A stretch of DNA of 32,000 nucleotides, from positions 2,880,001-2,912,000 of the forward strand of contig NC_000964.3 of assembly GCF_000009045.1 (NCBI RefSeq). The letters run 5' to 3'. Under the pieces are notes generated by a model, which made no database searches, was not told the origin of the DNA, and worked only from the letters and a program-made list of their open reading frames with translations. Positions 23,217 to 32,000 of the stretch are shown here, piece by piece. The translations under genes and the position numbers were made by a program. Position 1 is the stretch's first letter, and each line of letters opens with the position of its first letter. The stretch comes from Bacillus subtilis subsp. subtilis str. 168. GTDB taxonomy: Bacteria > Bacillota > Bacilli > Bacillales > Bacillaceae.

Positions 23217-24035
23217 CTATCTTTTAATCGGTTCTTGCAGTGAGATACATTCCACATGCCCGACTTCATGGCCAAACCAATCGTCTGCGATTTTTGCAAA
23301 CTGATCACGCGCCCCTGTTGTCAGGAACTGATGATCCGGGGCAATCGGAGACTGGTTCAGCAGCCCTTTATAAGAGAGAATTGTGCTGACTTCCCGGGCT
23401 GTTTCATCGCCGGACGAAATAATGTTTACGTGCTCTCCCATATATCTTTGAATGGCTTCTTTTAAAATAGGGTAATGGGTGCAGCCTAAAATCAGCGAAT
23501 CAATTGATGTGTCTTTTAACGGATACAGCGAGGTTTTAACAATCTCGTCTGCTGTTTTGTCGAGAAACTTCCCGCTTTCCACAAAAGGCACAAGCAGCGG
23601 GCAGGCAAGGTTTTCAACCTTCAAATCAGGGTTTAATGCCAAAAGCGCTTCTTCGTATGCATTGCTCTTAATCGTATTCTCTGTGCCGATGACACCGATA
23701 TGCTGATTATCCGTCACTTTTATCGCTGCTCTCGCACCAGGCTGGATGACTCCGACCACCGGTATACCGACGCTGCGCTGGATGTCATCCAAAGCGATCG
23801 CTGTTGCTGTATTACAGGCGATCACGAGCATTTTGATGTGGTGGTTTTCGAGTAAATAATTCGTCAGCTCCCACGTATATTGAAGCACCTCTTCTTCAGG
23901 GCGCGGCCCGTAAGGACACCGTTTCGTATCCCCGACGTAGATAATATTTTCTTTAGGTAGCTGTCTCATGATTTCCTTCGCAACGGTTAAACCGCCAACC
24001 CCGGAATCAATGACTCCTATTGGTTGTTCCAACAA
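23217..24035 (-). CDS. racE: Glutamate racemase, 272 aa
   Basis: [35 protein letters not shown] motifs. Confidence 0.97.
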
Positions 24036-24042
24036 AATCGCC

Positions 24043-24483
24043 TCATTTTCTCTTCATTTCATGCTGCAGTTTCATCAAAGATTTTTCGAAGATGGCTATT
24101 TCTTCATCTGTAAACGATTCGAACATATCACGCAGATATTCCTGTCTTTTTGTAATGACCTCTTGGATAATCCGTTCTCCTTCAGGCAGCAGATGTATCC
24201 TGACAACACGTCTGTCCGCCGGGTCCTTGACCCGCTCAACAAGCTCATTTTTTTGCATGCGGTCGATTAAGTCCGTTGTCGTGCTGCATGCCAGATACAT
24301 TTTGCCCGATAATTCACCGATTGTCATATCTCCTAATTCATAAAGCCATTGCAAGCCGACAAATTGCGGCGGCGTAATCGCATATTGGTTAAGGATTTCT
24401 CGTCCTTTTTGCTTAATGATCGCGGCAATGTGGCGGAGTGACTTTTCAATATCCGCAACATGCTCCAAAGGTTTTGATGTCAT
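24043..24483 (-). CDS. ysmB: MarR-family transcriptional regulator YsmB
   Basis: [50 protein letters not shown] winged-HTH. GTG at 24498 is an alternative start. Confidence 0.88.
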   Translation of the reverse strand: MTSKPLEHVADIEKSLRHIAAIIKQKGREILNQYAITPPQFVGLQWLYELGDMTIGELSGKMYLACSTTTDLIDRMQKNELVERVKDPADRRVVRIHLLPEGERIIQEVITKRQEYLRDMFESFTDEEIAIFEKSLMKLQHEMKRK

Positions 24484-24726
24484 TTGTCCATCCCTCACTC
24501 AAGGATCTCTTACGCACAAAAGCGTTCCGTGTCTATTTTCCTTCTTTTTTGAAGAAAATGCAAGACTCGCAGGAGAGAAATAGAGGACTTTAGTCAAACA
24601 ACATCAAGAAATAAAATTTAATTTATGACTTGCCTACGTTTTGCACAGCATTCCAAATATGGTTTCGAATGTTCCAAACAAACAGCAATAACCGGCTCCT
24701 TCCAAAAGAAGGAATACCGGCAAGGA

Positions 24727-24951
24727 TTAAAGCTCTAGCTCACCCATTCTAAGAAGCTCAACAACGGCTTGCGAACGCCCTTTCACACCCAATTTCTGCA
24801 TGGCATTTGAAATATGGTTTCGAACGGTTTTCTCACTGATAAATAGCTCGCTTGCAATCTCCTTTGTTGTCTTATCTTGAACGAGCAATTCGAACACTTC
24901 TCTTTCTCTTTTCGTTAGCAGCGGCTTCGATTGAAATTCTTTCTCCTTCAA
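24727..24951 (-). CDS. gerE: Spore coat gene transcriptional regulator GerE, LuxR-type HTH, 74 aa
   Basis: [74 protein letters not shown]. Confidence 0.97.
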   Translation of the reverse strand: MKEKEFQSKPLLTKREREVFELLVQDKTTKEIASELFISEKTVRNHISNAMQKLGVKGRSQAVVELLRMGELEL

Positions 24952-25017
24952 GTATTGTAACCCTCCTTGCTAAGGTGAGAGCGAATCAGAAACGAATGGG
25001 TTTTGATATAGTCGAGA

Positions 25018-25045
25018 TATCATATGTAAGAAGGGCGCAGGAGGT
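25018..25045 (-). promoter_or_regulatory. Candidate sigma-K promoter of gerE
   Basis: Minus strand AC (25044-25045) - 17 nt - CATATGATA (25018-25026), exact CATANNNTA. Confidence 0.7.
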
Positions 25046-25066
25046 GACGTTTACAAGATAATTAGT

Positions 25067-25510
25067 TTATCGTGTATGAAGAAGCGTTTCTTTCTCCTCA
25101 TCCGTCCAGCTGACAGCCTTGCCGCTTTCCTTTGAGACTTGAACCATCACGACTGCCCCGGTGAAGCAGGGTTCGCCTTCGAGGTTCTCTCCGAGATAGT
25201 GCAAGGTAAGAGATGAACTGCCGACTGCGCTTGTTTTCACATAGATGCGCAACTCTTCATAAGGCATGACTTGGCGCAAATAATCGCATTGCTGGCTTGC
25301 CACGACTGTCATGGTCTGTTTGTTTTCACTCATCATATTCAGCTTTTTAAAATAAGAAATCCGCACCTCCTCAAAATATATAAAAGGGGTTACATTATTC
25401 ATATGCCCAAACATGTCTGTCTCGGAAAATCTTACGGATACCTTATTGAAAAAAGAAAAGGATGTTTTCCATTCTTGAAACGGCATATCAATATAAGCGG
25501 GAAGCTTCAT
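25067..25510 (-). CDS. ysmA: Hotdog-fold thioesterase-like protein YsmA, 147 aa
   Basis: VRFSETDMFGHMNNVTPFIYFEEVR acyl-CoA thioesterase signature. Confidence 0.88.
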   Translation of the reverse strand: MKLPAYIDMPFQEWKTSFSFFNKVSVRFSETDMFGHMNNVTPFIYFEEVRISYFKKLNMMSENKQTMTVVASQQCDYLRQVMPYEELRIYVKTSAVGSSSLTLHYLGENLEGEPCFTGAVVMVQVSKESGKAVSWTDEEKETLLHTR

Positions 25511-25533
25511 CTTTTTTCATCTCCTTATTGTTT

Positions 25534-25566
25534 AAAAAAACCTCTCCCATGCGGAAGAGGTTTTTT
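25534..25566 (-). terminator. Terminator of sdhCAB
   Basis: aaaaaaacctctccc atgc ggaagaggtttttt. Confidence 0.85.
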
Positions 25567-25570
25567 CTTC

Positions 25571-26332
25571 TTATACTCTGTCGCTTCCGAAGAAATTGCG
25601 GAACGCTTGTAAGTTTGTATCTCTATTCAAGGCTGCAATCGAAGTGGTAAGCGGAATCCCCTTCGGACAGGATTGAACACAGTTTTGCGAGTTGCCGCAA
25701 TCTGCAAGGCCGCCTTCATCCATTAATGCTTCTAATCGTTCAGATTTATTCATGGCGCCTGTCGGATGCGCGTTAAACAGGCGGACTTGCGACATCGGTG
25801 CAGGCCCCATGAACTTCGATTTGCTGTTCACATTCGGGCAAGCTTCGAGGCAGACGCCGCATGTCATGCATTTTGATAATTCATATGCCCATTGACGACG
25901 TTTTTCCGGCATTCTCGGCCCCGGTCCTAAATCGTACGTACCGTCAATCGGTATCCACGCTTTTACTTTTTTCAATGAATCAAACATTCTGCTGCGATCA
26001 ACCTGCAAATCACGAACGACTGGGAATGTTTTCATTGGTTTTAAACGGATTGGCTGTTCAAGCTGGTCAATAAGCGCCGTACAAGACTGGCGGGGTTTTC
26101 CGTTTATAACCATTGAACATGCGCCGCATACTTCCTCAAGACAGTTCATATCCCATGTGACAGGGGTTGTCTTCTCACCTTTGACATTAACCGGATTCCG
26201 GCGGATTTCCATCAGAGCGGAAATGACGTTCAGATTCGGGCGGTATGGAATCTCAAATTCTTCATCATAAGGCGTGCTGTCAGCTGTATCTTGACGTGTG
26301 ATAATAAATCGTATGGTTTTTTGTTCACTCAT
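25571..26332 (-). CDS. sdhB: Succinate dehydrogenase iron-sulfur subunit, 253 aa
   Basis: CGACSMVINGKPRQSC, CMTCGVCLEACPN, CVQSCPKGIP Fe-S motifs. Confidence 0.97.
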   Translation of the reverse strand: MSEQKTIRFIITRQDTADSTPYDEEFEIPYRPNLNVISALMEIRRNPVNVKGEKTTPVTWDMNCLEEVCGACSMVINGKPRQSCTALIDQLEQPIRLKPMKTFPVVRDLQVDRSRMFDSLKKVKAWIPIDGTYDLGPGPRMPEKRRQWAYELSKCMTCGVCLEACPNVNSKSKFMGPAPMSQVRLFNAHPTGAMNKSERLEALMDEGGLADCGNSQNCVQSCPKGIPLTTSIAALNRDTNLQAFRNFFGSDRV

Positions 26333-26334
26333 GA

Positions 26335-28095
26335 TTATTTCGCCACCTTCTTCTTCGAGTAATCCCGTTTCCGAGGCGTTATCAGTGATACATCGACATC
26401 CTGATACTCAAATTCCGGCGCTTCATACGGGCTTACATGTTTAGCCATTGTTGTTTTGAGCCATTCATCATCATTACGTTCAGGATAATCCGGTTTATAA
26501 TGGGCGCCCCGGCTTTCATTACGGTTGTATGCGCCAAGGGTAATCACCCTCGCAAGCTGAAGCATGTTCGAGAACTGGCGTGTGAACATCGCTCCCTGGT
26601 TGCTCCATTTTGTCGTGTCATTGATGTTGATCTTTTTGAAGCGCTCCATTAACTCCTGAATTTTGTCATCCGTTTTCAAAAGCTTGTCATTATGGCGGAC
26701 AACCGTTACGTTCGCCGTCATCCACTCACCGAGCTCTTTGTGAAGAACATAGGCATTTTCGGTTCCGTCCATACTCATAATATCAGCCCATTTTTCTTCT
26801 TCTTTCTTAACGTGAGCGTCGAATAAAGATGAAGACATGTCTTCCGCTGAAGATTCTAAGCCGTTTACATATTTCACCGCATTCGGACCGGCCACCATGC
26901 CTCCGTAAATCGCAGACAGCAGGGAGTTCGCTCCCAAGCGGTTGCCGCCGTGCATAGAATAATCACATTCCCCAGCCGCAAACAGTCCAGGGATATTTGT
27001 CATTTGATCGTAATCCACCCATAAACCGCCCATAGAATAATGGACCGCCGGGAAGATTTTCATTGGAAGCTTACGCGGGTCGTCTCCCATGAATTTCTCA
27101 TAAATCTCAATGATGCCGCCAAGCTTAATATCAAGCTCTTTCGGATCTTTATGAGACAGATCGAGATATACCATGTTTTCACCGTTAATACCGAGCTTCT
27201 GGTTCACACACACATCAAATATTTCGCGTGTCGCAATATCACGCGGCACCAGGTTTCCGTATGCCGGATATTTTTCCTCCAGGAAATACCATGGTTTGCC
27301 GTCTTTATATGTCCACACGCGCCCGCCTTCACCACGCGCTGATTCACTCATCAGTCTTAGTTTGTCATCGCCCGGTATGGCTGTCGGGTGGATTTGAATG
27401 AATTCTCCGTTTGCATAATACGCTCCCTGCTGATAAACGATTGACGCAGCAGATCCTGTATTAATCATGGAGTTCGTTGATTTTCCAAAGATGATTCCCG
27501 GTCCGCCCGTCGCCATAATGACAGCGTCTGAACGGAAGGATTCAATTTGCATGTTTGTCAGGTTTTGTGCAACAATTCCGCGGCAGGTTCTGTCATCATC
27601 TAAAACAGCGCCAAGGAATTCCCAGCCTTCGTATTTTGTGACCAGACCCGCAACTTCGTATCTGCGCACTTGCTCGTCCAGTGCGTAAAGCAGCTGCTGT
27701 CCCGTCGTCGCACCAGCATAAGCAGTTCTGTGGTGCTGTGTACCCCCGAATCGGCGGAAATCAAGCAGGCCTTCAGGCGTCCGGTTAAACATGACGCCCA
27801 TCCGGTCTAATAAGTGGATGATCGAAGGCGCCGCTTCACACATCGCCTTGACCGGCGGCTGGTTGGCAAGAAAGTCTCCCCCGTATACCGTGTCATCAAA
27901 ATGTTCCCACGGAGAGTCACCTTCCCCTTTTGTATTGACCGCTCCGTTTATGCCGCCTTGCGCACAAACTGAATGAGAACGTTTGACAGGAACGATGGAA
28001 AACAATTTAACCGCCATTCCTGATTCCGCTGCTTTAATTGTCGCCATGAGGCCGGCAAGACCCCCGCCGACTACGATAATGCTTGATTGACTCAT
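26335..28095 (-). CDS. sdhA: Succinate dehydrogenase flavoprotein subunit, 586 aa
   Basis: VVGGGLAGLMATIKAAESG, SVCAQGGINGAVN, FRRFGGTQHHRTAYAG. Confidence 0.98.
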   Translation of the reverse strand: MSQSSIIVVGGGLAGLMATIKAAESGMAVKLFSIVPVKRSHSVCAQGGINGAVNTKGEGDSPWEHFDDTVYGGDFLANQPPVKAMCEAAPSIIHLLDRMGVMFNRTPEGLLDFRRFGGTQHHRTAYAGATTGQQLLYALDEQVRRYEVAGLVTKYEGWEFLGAVLDDDRTCRGIVAQNLTNMQIESFRSDAVIMATGGPGIIFGKSTNSMINTGSAASIVYQQGAYYANGEFIQIHPTAIPGDDKLRLMSESARGEGGRVWTYKDGKPWYFLEEKYPAYGNLVPRDIATREIFDVCVNQKLGINGENMVYLDLSHKDPKELDIKLGGIIEIYEKFMGDDPRKLPMKIFPAVHYSMGGLWVDYDQMTNIPGLFAAGECDYSMHGGNRLGANSLLSAIYGGMVAGPNAVKYVNGLESSAEDMSSSLFDAHVKKEEEKWADIMSMDGTENAYVLHKELGEWMTANVTVVRHNDKLLKTDDKIQELMERFKKININDTTKWSNQGAMFTRQFSNMLQLARVITLGAYNRNESRGAHYKPDYPERNDDEWLKTTMAKHVSPYEAPEFEYQDVDVSLITPRKRDYSKKKVAK

Positions 28096-28128
28096 GATAG
28101 CCCCTCTCCCTCTAGTAATCTAGTACTC

Positions 28129-28737
28129 TTAAACAAATGCAAAAATCGCTTTTAAGCCTACGTATGACAGTGCAACAAAAATAATCAGCGTAACGTATGT
28201 CGAAATTCTTTGAGAACGAGGCGTTACCGTGATGCCCCATGTAACAGCGAAAGACCATAAACCGTTCGAGAAGTGGAAAATTGTTGATAAAACACCGACA
28301 ATGTAAAAACCAAGCATAGCCGGAGAGCTCAAAATATTCGCCATCATGTCGAAATTGACCTCAGCACCCATTTGTGCGGCAATGCGGGTTTCCCACACGT
28401 GCCAGCTGACGAAAATGAGGGTGATGATACCGGTTACACGCTGCAGGACGAATAGCCAGTTTCTCATGTAGCTGTATTGACCGGCGTTATTTTTCGCAGT
28501 AAACGCTATGTACACACCATAAACTGCATGATAAATTAATGGTAAGAAGATAATAAAAATTTCCAAGGCATACCTGAAAGGCAGGCTATCCATAAAATGA
28601 GCAGCGCTATTGAATGCTTCAGCGCCCCTTGCGGCAAACTGGTTGACGACTAAATGCTGAATAAGAAAGATGCCGACCGGTATGACGCCAAGCAAGGAAT
28701 GCAATCTTCGAAAATAAAACTCTCTGTTCCCAGACAT
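28129..28737 (-). CDS. sdhC: Succinate dehydrogenase cytochrome b558 subunit, 202 aa
   Basis: MSGNREFYFRRLHSLLGVIPVGIFLIQHLVVNQFAARG with multiple hydrophobic helices and conserved His residues; first gene of sdhCAB. Confidence 0.96.
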   Translation of the reverse strand: MSGNREFYFRRLHSLLGVIPVGIFLIQHLVVNQFAARGAEAFNSAAHFMDSLPFRYALEIFIIFLPLIYHAVYGVYIAFTAKNNAGQYSYMRNWLFVLQRVTGIITLIFVSWHVWETRIAAQMGAEVNFDMMANILSSPAMLGFYIVGVLSTIFHFSNGLWSFAVTWGITVTPRSQRISTYVTLIIFVALSYVGLKAIFAFV

Positions 28738-28833
28738 TACTTTACCCCCTGTTTGATAAGTGCGAAATGTGCTAAATCTCTTCCCCCACTTCTTTCAATT
28801 GTAAGCACTTTATTAAGATTTATTGACAATTTC

Positions 28834-28862
28834 ATTTTACTCCTCCCTCAAAAGGGCGTCAA
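28834..28862 (-). promoter_or_regulatory. Candidate sigma-A promoter of sdhCAB
   Basis: Minus strand TTGACG (28857-28862) - 17 nt - TAAAAT (28834-28839). Confidence 0.7.
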
Positions 28863-29029
28863 GAAAACGCGTACATAAATTATAATTTTCCGAATTGATT
28901 AGTTGATTGAAAAATTTTATTTTATCAATATATATTTCTTGCTTAATTTTTCATAAGAATTACAGGATCATTCTGTAATCCTCCCCCCTGTTTGAGCTAT
29001 AATATACGCAGGAGAGAGGGGAGACAGAT

Positions 29030-29476
29030 ATGAAGTCTAAATTTGAAGCATCTATTGACAACCTAAAAGAAATTGAAATGAACGCTTATGCCTACGAACT
29101 AATACGAGAGATCGTTCTCCCAGATATGCTTGGCCAAGATTACTCTTCCATGATGTATTGGGCAGGAAAACATCTCGCCCGTAAGTTTCCTCTTGAATCA
29201 TGGGAGGAATTTCCGGCCTTCTTTGAAGAAGCGGGCTGGGGAACCCTCACCAACGTAAGCGCTAAAAAACAGGAGCTTGAATTTGAACTTGAAGGGCCGA
29301 TCATTTCCAACCGGCTTAAGCATCAGAAAGAACCTTGCTTTCAGCTGGAGGCTGGTTTTATCGCTGAACAAATTCAATTGATGAATGATCAGATTGCCGA
29401 ATCATATGAACAAGTGAAAAAGAGAGCCGATAAAGTGGTTCTGACTGTGAAATGGGATATGAAAGACCCAGTGTAA
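29030..29476 (+). CDS. yslB: DUF2507-type protein YslB, 148 aa, function unknown
   Basis: MKSKFEASIDNLKEIEMNAYAYELIREIVLPDMLG...; plus-strand, GGAGAGAGGGGGAGA upstream of ATG. Confidence 0.85.
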   Translation: MKSKFEASIDNLKEIEMNAYAYELIREIVLPDMLGQDYSSMMYWAGKHLARKFPLESWEEFPAFFEEAGWGTLTNVSAKKQELEFELEGPIISNRLKHQKEPCFQLEAGFIAEQIQLMNDQIAESYEQVKKRADKVVLTVKWDMKDPV

Positions 29477-29515
29477 TCAAAAAGGCGGTGACTGCATAGT
29501 CCCGCCTTTTTGATT
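29475..29515. terminator. Bidirectional terminator between convergent yslB and lysC
   Basis: AATCAAAAAGGCGG / CCGCCTTTTTGATT perfect 14-bp inverted repeat with inner GACT/AGTC pairing. Confidence 0.9.
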
Positions 29516-29519
29516 GTCA

Positions 29520-30011
29520 TTACACAGCTGAAGGGTGTTTTGAAAGCTCAAATGCATCGTGAAGCGACTCGACTGCTTTCACCATGTCATTTTCGCTTAC
29601 GACTGTTGACACTTTGATTTCAGATGTGCTGACCATTTTGATTAAAATGTTTTTTTGCGCCAGTACAGCAAACATTTCAGCCGCTACACCGGGATTTGAG
29701 ACCATGCCGGATCCAACAATAGATACTTTAGCCAATTTGCTTTCTGTCTCGATTTTCTCAAATTCCAGCGCGTCTTTATACTCTTCAAGCACCGCAACGG
29801 TTTGGTCTGCATCTTCTGTTTTGACAGAGAAGGAAATTCCAGTCTTGTCCTCGGCCTGCGTTTGGATAATGATATCCACGTTTATGTTTCTTTTGGCAAG
29901 TGTTGTAAAAATAGTAGACAAAGTTGTCAGGCCGCTAGTCAGCCCGTAAATGGTTACTCTTGTGATTTGATCTTCAAATGCAATGCCTCTGACAATTAAA
30001 TTCTGTTCCAT
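29520..30011 (-). CDS. lysC: Aspartokinase II beta subunit from in-frame internal start, 163 aa
   Basis: ATG at 30011 (MEQNLIVRGIAFEDQITRV...) preceded by strong SD TTGAGGAGGAATCATCC; encodes the C-terminal ACT region. Confidence 0.88.
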   Translation of the reverse strand: MEQNLIVRGIAFEDQITRVTIYGLTSGLTTLSTIFTTLAKRNINVDIIIQTQAEDKTGISFSVKTEDADQTVAVLEEYKDALEFEKIETESKLAKVSIVGSGMVSNPGVAAEMFAVLAQKNILIKMVSTSEIKVSTVVSENDMVKAVESLHDAFELSKHPSAV

Positions 30012-30746
30012 GGATGATTCCTCCTCAATTAATGTTCCCGCTTCGGTTTCTGTACTTGAACGCACTTCTAACGGCACTTGGTAATTTTTCGCGAACTCAA
30101 CTGCTCTCGGATGAAGAACACCGGCGCCTAAATTGGCAAGCTCAAGCATTTCATCGTATGAGATGCCCTCAAGTTTTCTCGCTGATTTCACATAGCGCGG
30201 ATCGGTTGTAAACACGCCTGGCACGTCTGTGTATATGTCACATTTATCAGCTTTTAAAGCGGCAGCCAAAGCAACTGCTGTTGTATCTGAACCGCCCCGG
30301 CCCAATGTCGTAATTTCACAATCCTCTGTCATGCCTTGGAATCCTGCAACAATGACAATTTTTCCTTTTTCAAGCTGGTCTGCTAAAACCGAAGTGTCGA
30401 TATCTGTAATTCTGGCGTTTCCGTGAATGGCCTCCGTACGGATTCCCGCCTGCCAGCCAGTATAAGACACAGCGTCATAGCCTTTTTCCTGCAATGCCAT
30501 TGAAAGGAGTGAAATCGTGACCTGCTCGCCTGTCGCCAGCAGCATATCCATTTCGCGTTTGCTCGGCTGGTCAGAAATAGCTTTTGCAAGGCTGACCAAT
30601 TCGTCAGTGGATTTTCCCATTGCTGAAACGACGACAACGACTTGATGGCCTTTCTGTTTTTCTGCAATTGCGCGGTTTGCCGCATTTTGAATTTTTTCGA
30701 CTGAGCCGACGGAAGTGCCTCCGAATTTTTGTACAATAAGACCCAT
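29520..30746 (-). CDS. lysC: Aspartokinase II alpha subunit, 408 aa
   Basis: MGLIVQKFGGTSVGSVEKIQ..., GRGGSDTTAVALA; two C-terminal ACT domains. Confidence 0.97.
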   Translation of the reverse strand: MGLIVQKFGGTSVGSVEKIQNAANRAIAEKQKGHQVVVVVSAMGKSTDELVSLAKAISDQPSKREMDMLLATGEQVTISLLSMALQEKGYDAVSYTGWQAGIRTEAIHGNARITDIDTSVLADQLEKGKIVIVAGFQGMTEDCEITTLGRGGSDTTAVALAAALKADKCDIYTDVPGVFTTDPRYVKSARKLEGISYDEMLELANLGAGVLHPRAVEFAKNYQVPLEVRSSTETEAGTLIEEESSMEQNLIVRGIAFEDQITRVTIYGLTSGLTTLSTIFTTLAKRNINVDIIIQTQAEDKTGISFSVKTEDADQTVAVLEEYKDALEFEKIETESKLAKVSIVGSGMVSNPGVAAEMFAVLAQKNILIKMVSTSEIKVSTVVSENDMVKAVESLHDAFELSKHPSAV

Positions 30747-30806
30747 GTATTACCACCCTTTACATTTTGGTTCGTGCGGGTGAGGAGAAAGAGCGCTTTG
30801 TCCACA

Positions 30807-30842
30807 ATAAAAAAAGCAATGAGAGGAATACTCTCATTGCTT
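30807..30842 (-). terminator. Riboswitch-controlled terminator before lysC
   Basis: aagcaatgagag (30814-30825) / ctctcattgctt (30831-30842), T7 on minus. Confidence 0.93.
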
Positions 30843-30875
30843 ATCAATTAATCATCATAAATGATTATGAACAAC

Positions 30876-31047
30876 GAGATAGCCCTCCAAGAAAATGATT
30901 TCTTGACAGCCTTACATTTATTCAATGCACGGCCAGCAAATAATACCGATGGGGTTTTATTTGCTTCGGCGACGCTCCCCTTTCAGCCTTTTTCACAGAA
31001 TCCATCTTTCTCCAAAGGCATACTCTTGAAGTTCGCACCTCTATCTT
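30876..31047 (-). promoter_or_regulatory. Lysine riboswitch (L box) aptamer
   Basis: Minus GATAGAGGTGCGAACTTCAAGAGTATGCCTTTGGAGAAAGATGGATTCTGTGAAAAAGGCTGAAAGGGGAGCGTCGCCGAAGCAAATAAAACCCCATCGGTATTATTTGCTGGCCGTGCATTGAATAAATGTAAGGCTG...GGAGGGCTATC; P1 closing GATAG/CTATC. Confidence 0.95.
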
Positions 31048-31115
31048 CACCATATAACACGATCTAACTATGAAATTAGTTCACATTTTATCAGATCTTA
31101 TTTAAAAGGACAACA

Positions 31116-32000
31116 TTATTTTTGCAATTTGTCGTAAAGGAGCTGAGCCGCCGCTGCGGGAACACCGGCTTTTTTGATGTCCTCAAGGCTTGCTTCCTTC
31201 ATTTTTTTAACGGAACCGAAATGCTTTAACAGCATTTTCTTTCTTTTCTCTCCGATACCCGGGATGTCGTCCAAAACGGATTGAAACGCGCTTTTTCCCC
31301 GGATTTGCCTGTGAAAACTGATTGCAAAACGGTGCACCTCGTCCTGAATGCGCTGCAGGAGGTAAAATTCCTGGCTGTTTCGTTCCAGATACGCCACCTC
31401 CAGCGGATCACCGATCAGTAAATTTGAGGTTCTGTGTTTTTCATCTTTCGCTAAACCGGCGATCGGGATATCCAAGCCGAGTTCATTTTCAATGACATCC
31501 CTTGCTGCGTTGATCTGCCCTTTTCCTCCGTCAATGATAATCAGATCGGGCAGCGGCAGATTCTCACGAAGCACTCTCGTATAGCGTCTTCTGACAACCT
31601 CTCTCATAGAACCGTAATCATCCGGCCCTGTAACAGTTTTGATTTTATATTTGCGGTATTCCTTTTTGTATGGTTTGCCATCGATAAACACAATCATCGC
31701 GGAAACCGGGTTTGTCCCCTGTATATTTGAGTTATCAAACGCTTCAATTCTGTGCGGCGTATAAATATTTAATGCCTCACCTAGTTTCTGCACTGCCCCG
31801 ATTGAACGCTCCTCGTCCCGTTCGATTAAAGAGAATTTTTCTTTCAATGCGATTTTCGCATTTTTATGGGCAAGCATGAGCAGTTCTTTTTTCGGGCCTT
31901 TTTTCGGCTGGTGAACGTTTGTTTCCAGTAGCTGCTCGATCATAGATTGATCTATGCTGTCCGGAACTAAAATCTCCTTCGGAAGGAAGTGGTTGTTTTT
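31116..32000 (-). CDS. uvrC: Excinuclease ABC subunit C, C-terminal part (runs off window end)
   Basis: Frame stays open to 32000 ([29 protein letters not shown]...); [20 protein letters not shown] and HhH motif [19 protein letters not shown]. The ORF-track start at 31943 is an internal Met. Confidence 0.97.
   Translation of the reverse strand, partial: KNNHFLPKEILVPDSIDQSMIEQLLETNVHQPKKGPKKELLMLAHKNAKIALKEKFSLIERDEERSIGAVQKLGEALNIYTPHRIEAFDNSNIQGTNPVSAMIVFIDGKPYKKEYRKYKIKTVTGPDDYGSMREVVRRRYTRVLRENLPLPDLIIIDGGKGQINAARDVIENELGLDIPIAGLAKDEKHRTSNLLIGDPLEVAYLERNSQEFYLLQRIQDEVHRFAISFHRQIRGKSAFQSVLDDIPGIGEKRKKMLLKHFGSVKKMKEASLEDIKKAGVPAAAAQLLYDKLQK

Noticed and set aside
24690-24720. ccggctccttccaaaagaaggaataccgg hairpin after gerE as a rho-independent terminator
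   Set aside because: Stem is interrupted and followed by TTATTGCTGTTTG rather than a clean U-run; could terminate weakly but not called.
30861-31067. 68-aa plus-strand ORF upstream of lysC
   Set aside because: The region is the antisense of the lysine riboswitch.
31048-31080. Sigma-A promoter for lysC
   Set aside because: A TTATAT-like -10 is present but I could not find a convincing -35 at 16-18 nt, so it was not annotated.

Overview
This 32-kb window is a conserved Bacillus subtilis-type core chromosome segment, recognised from the protein sequences and gene order. Almost every gene is on the minus strand. From window start to end: ysxC(engB, 3' part)-lonA-lonB-clpX-tig-ysoA-leuD-leuC-leuB-leuA-ilvC-ilvH-ilvB, with the operon reading ilvB to leuD behind a leucine T-box leader. 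Then come ysnD, ysnE and ysnF on the plus strand, tRNA-Arg(TCT), ysnB, ysnA(rdgB-like), rph, gerM, racE, ysmB(MarR), gerE, ysmA, sdhB-sdhA-sdhC, yslB (plus strand), lysC behind a lysine riboswitch, and uvrC (partial). I found no phage, transposon, CRISPR, defence or biosynthetic island and no convincing undescribed multi-gene system. The most useful second-look items are: a possible gerE HTH-coding fragment just downstream of gerE; the full leader and regulatory architecture of ilv-leu; several alternative-sigma promoter matches (sigma K, F, B); TTG starts and overlaps in the ilv-leu genes; the internal start in lysC; and G-rich tracts in the sdhC leader.
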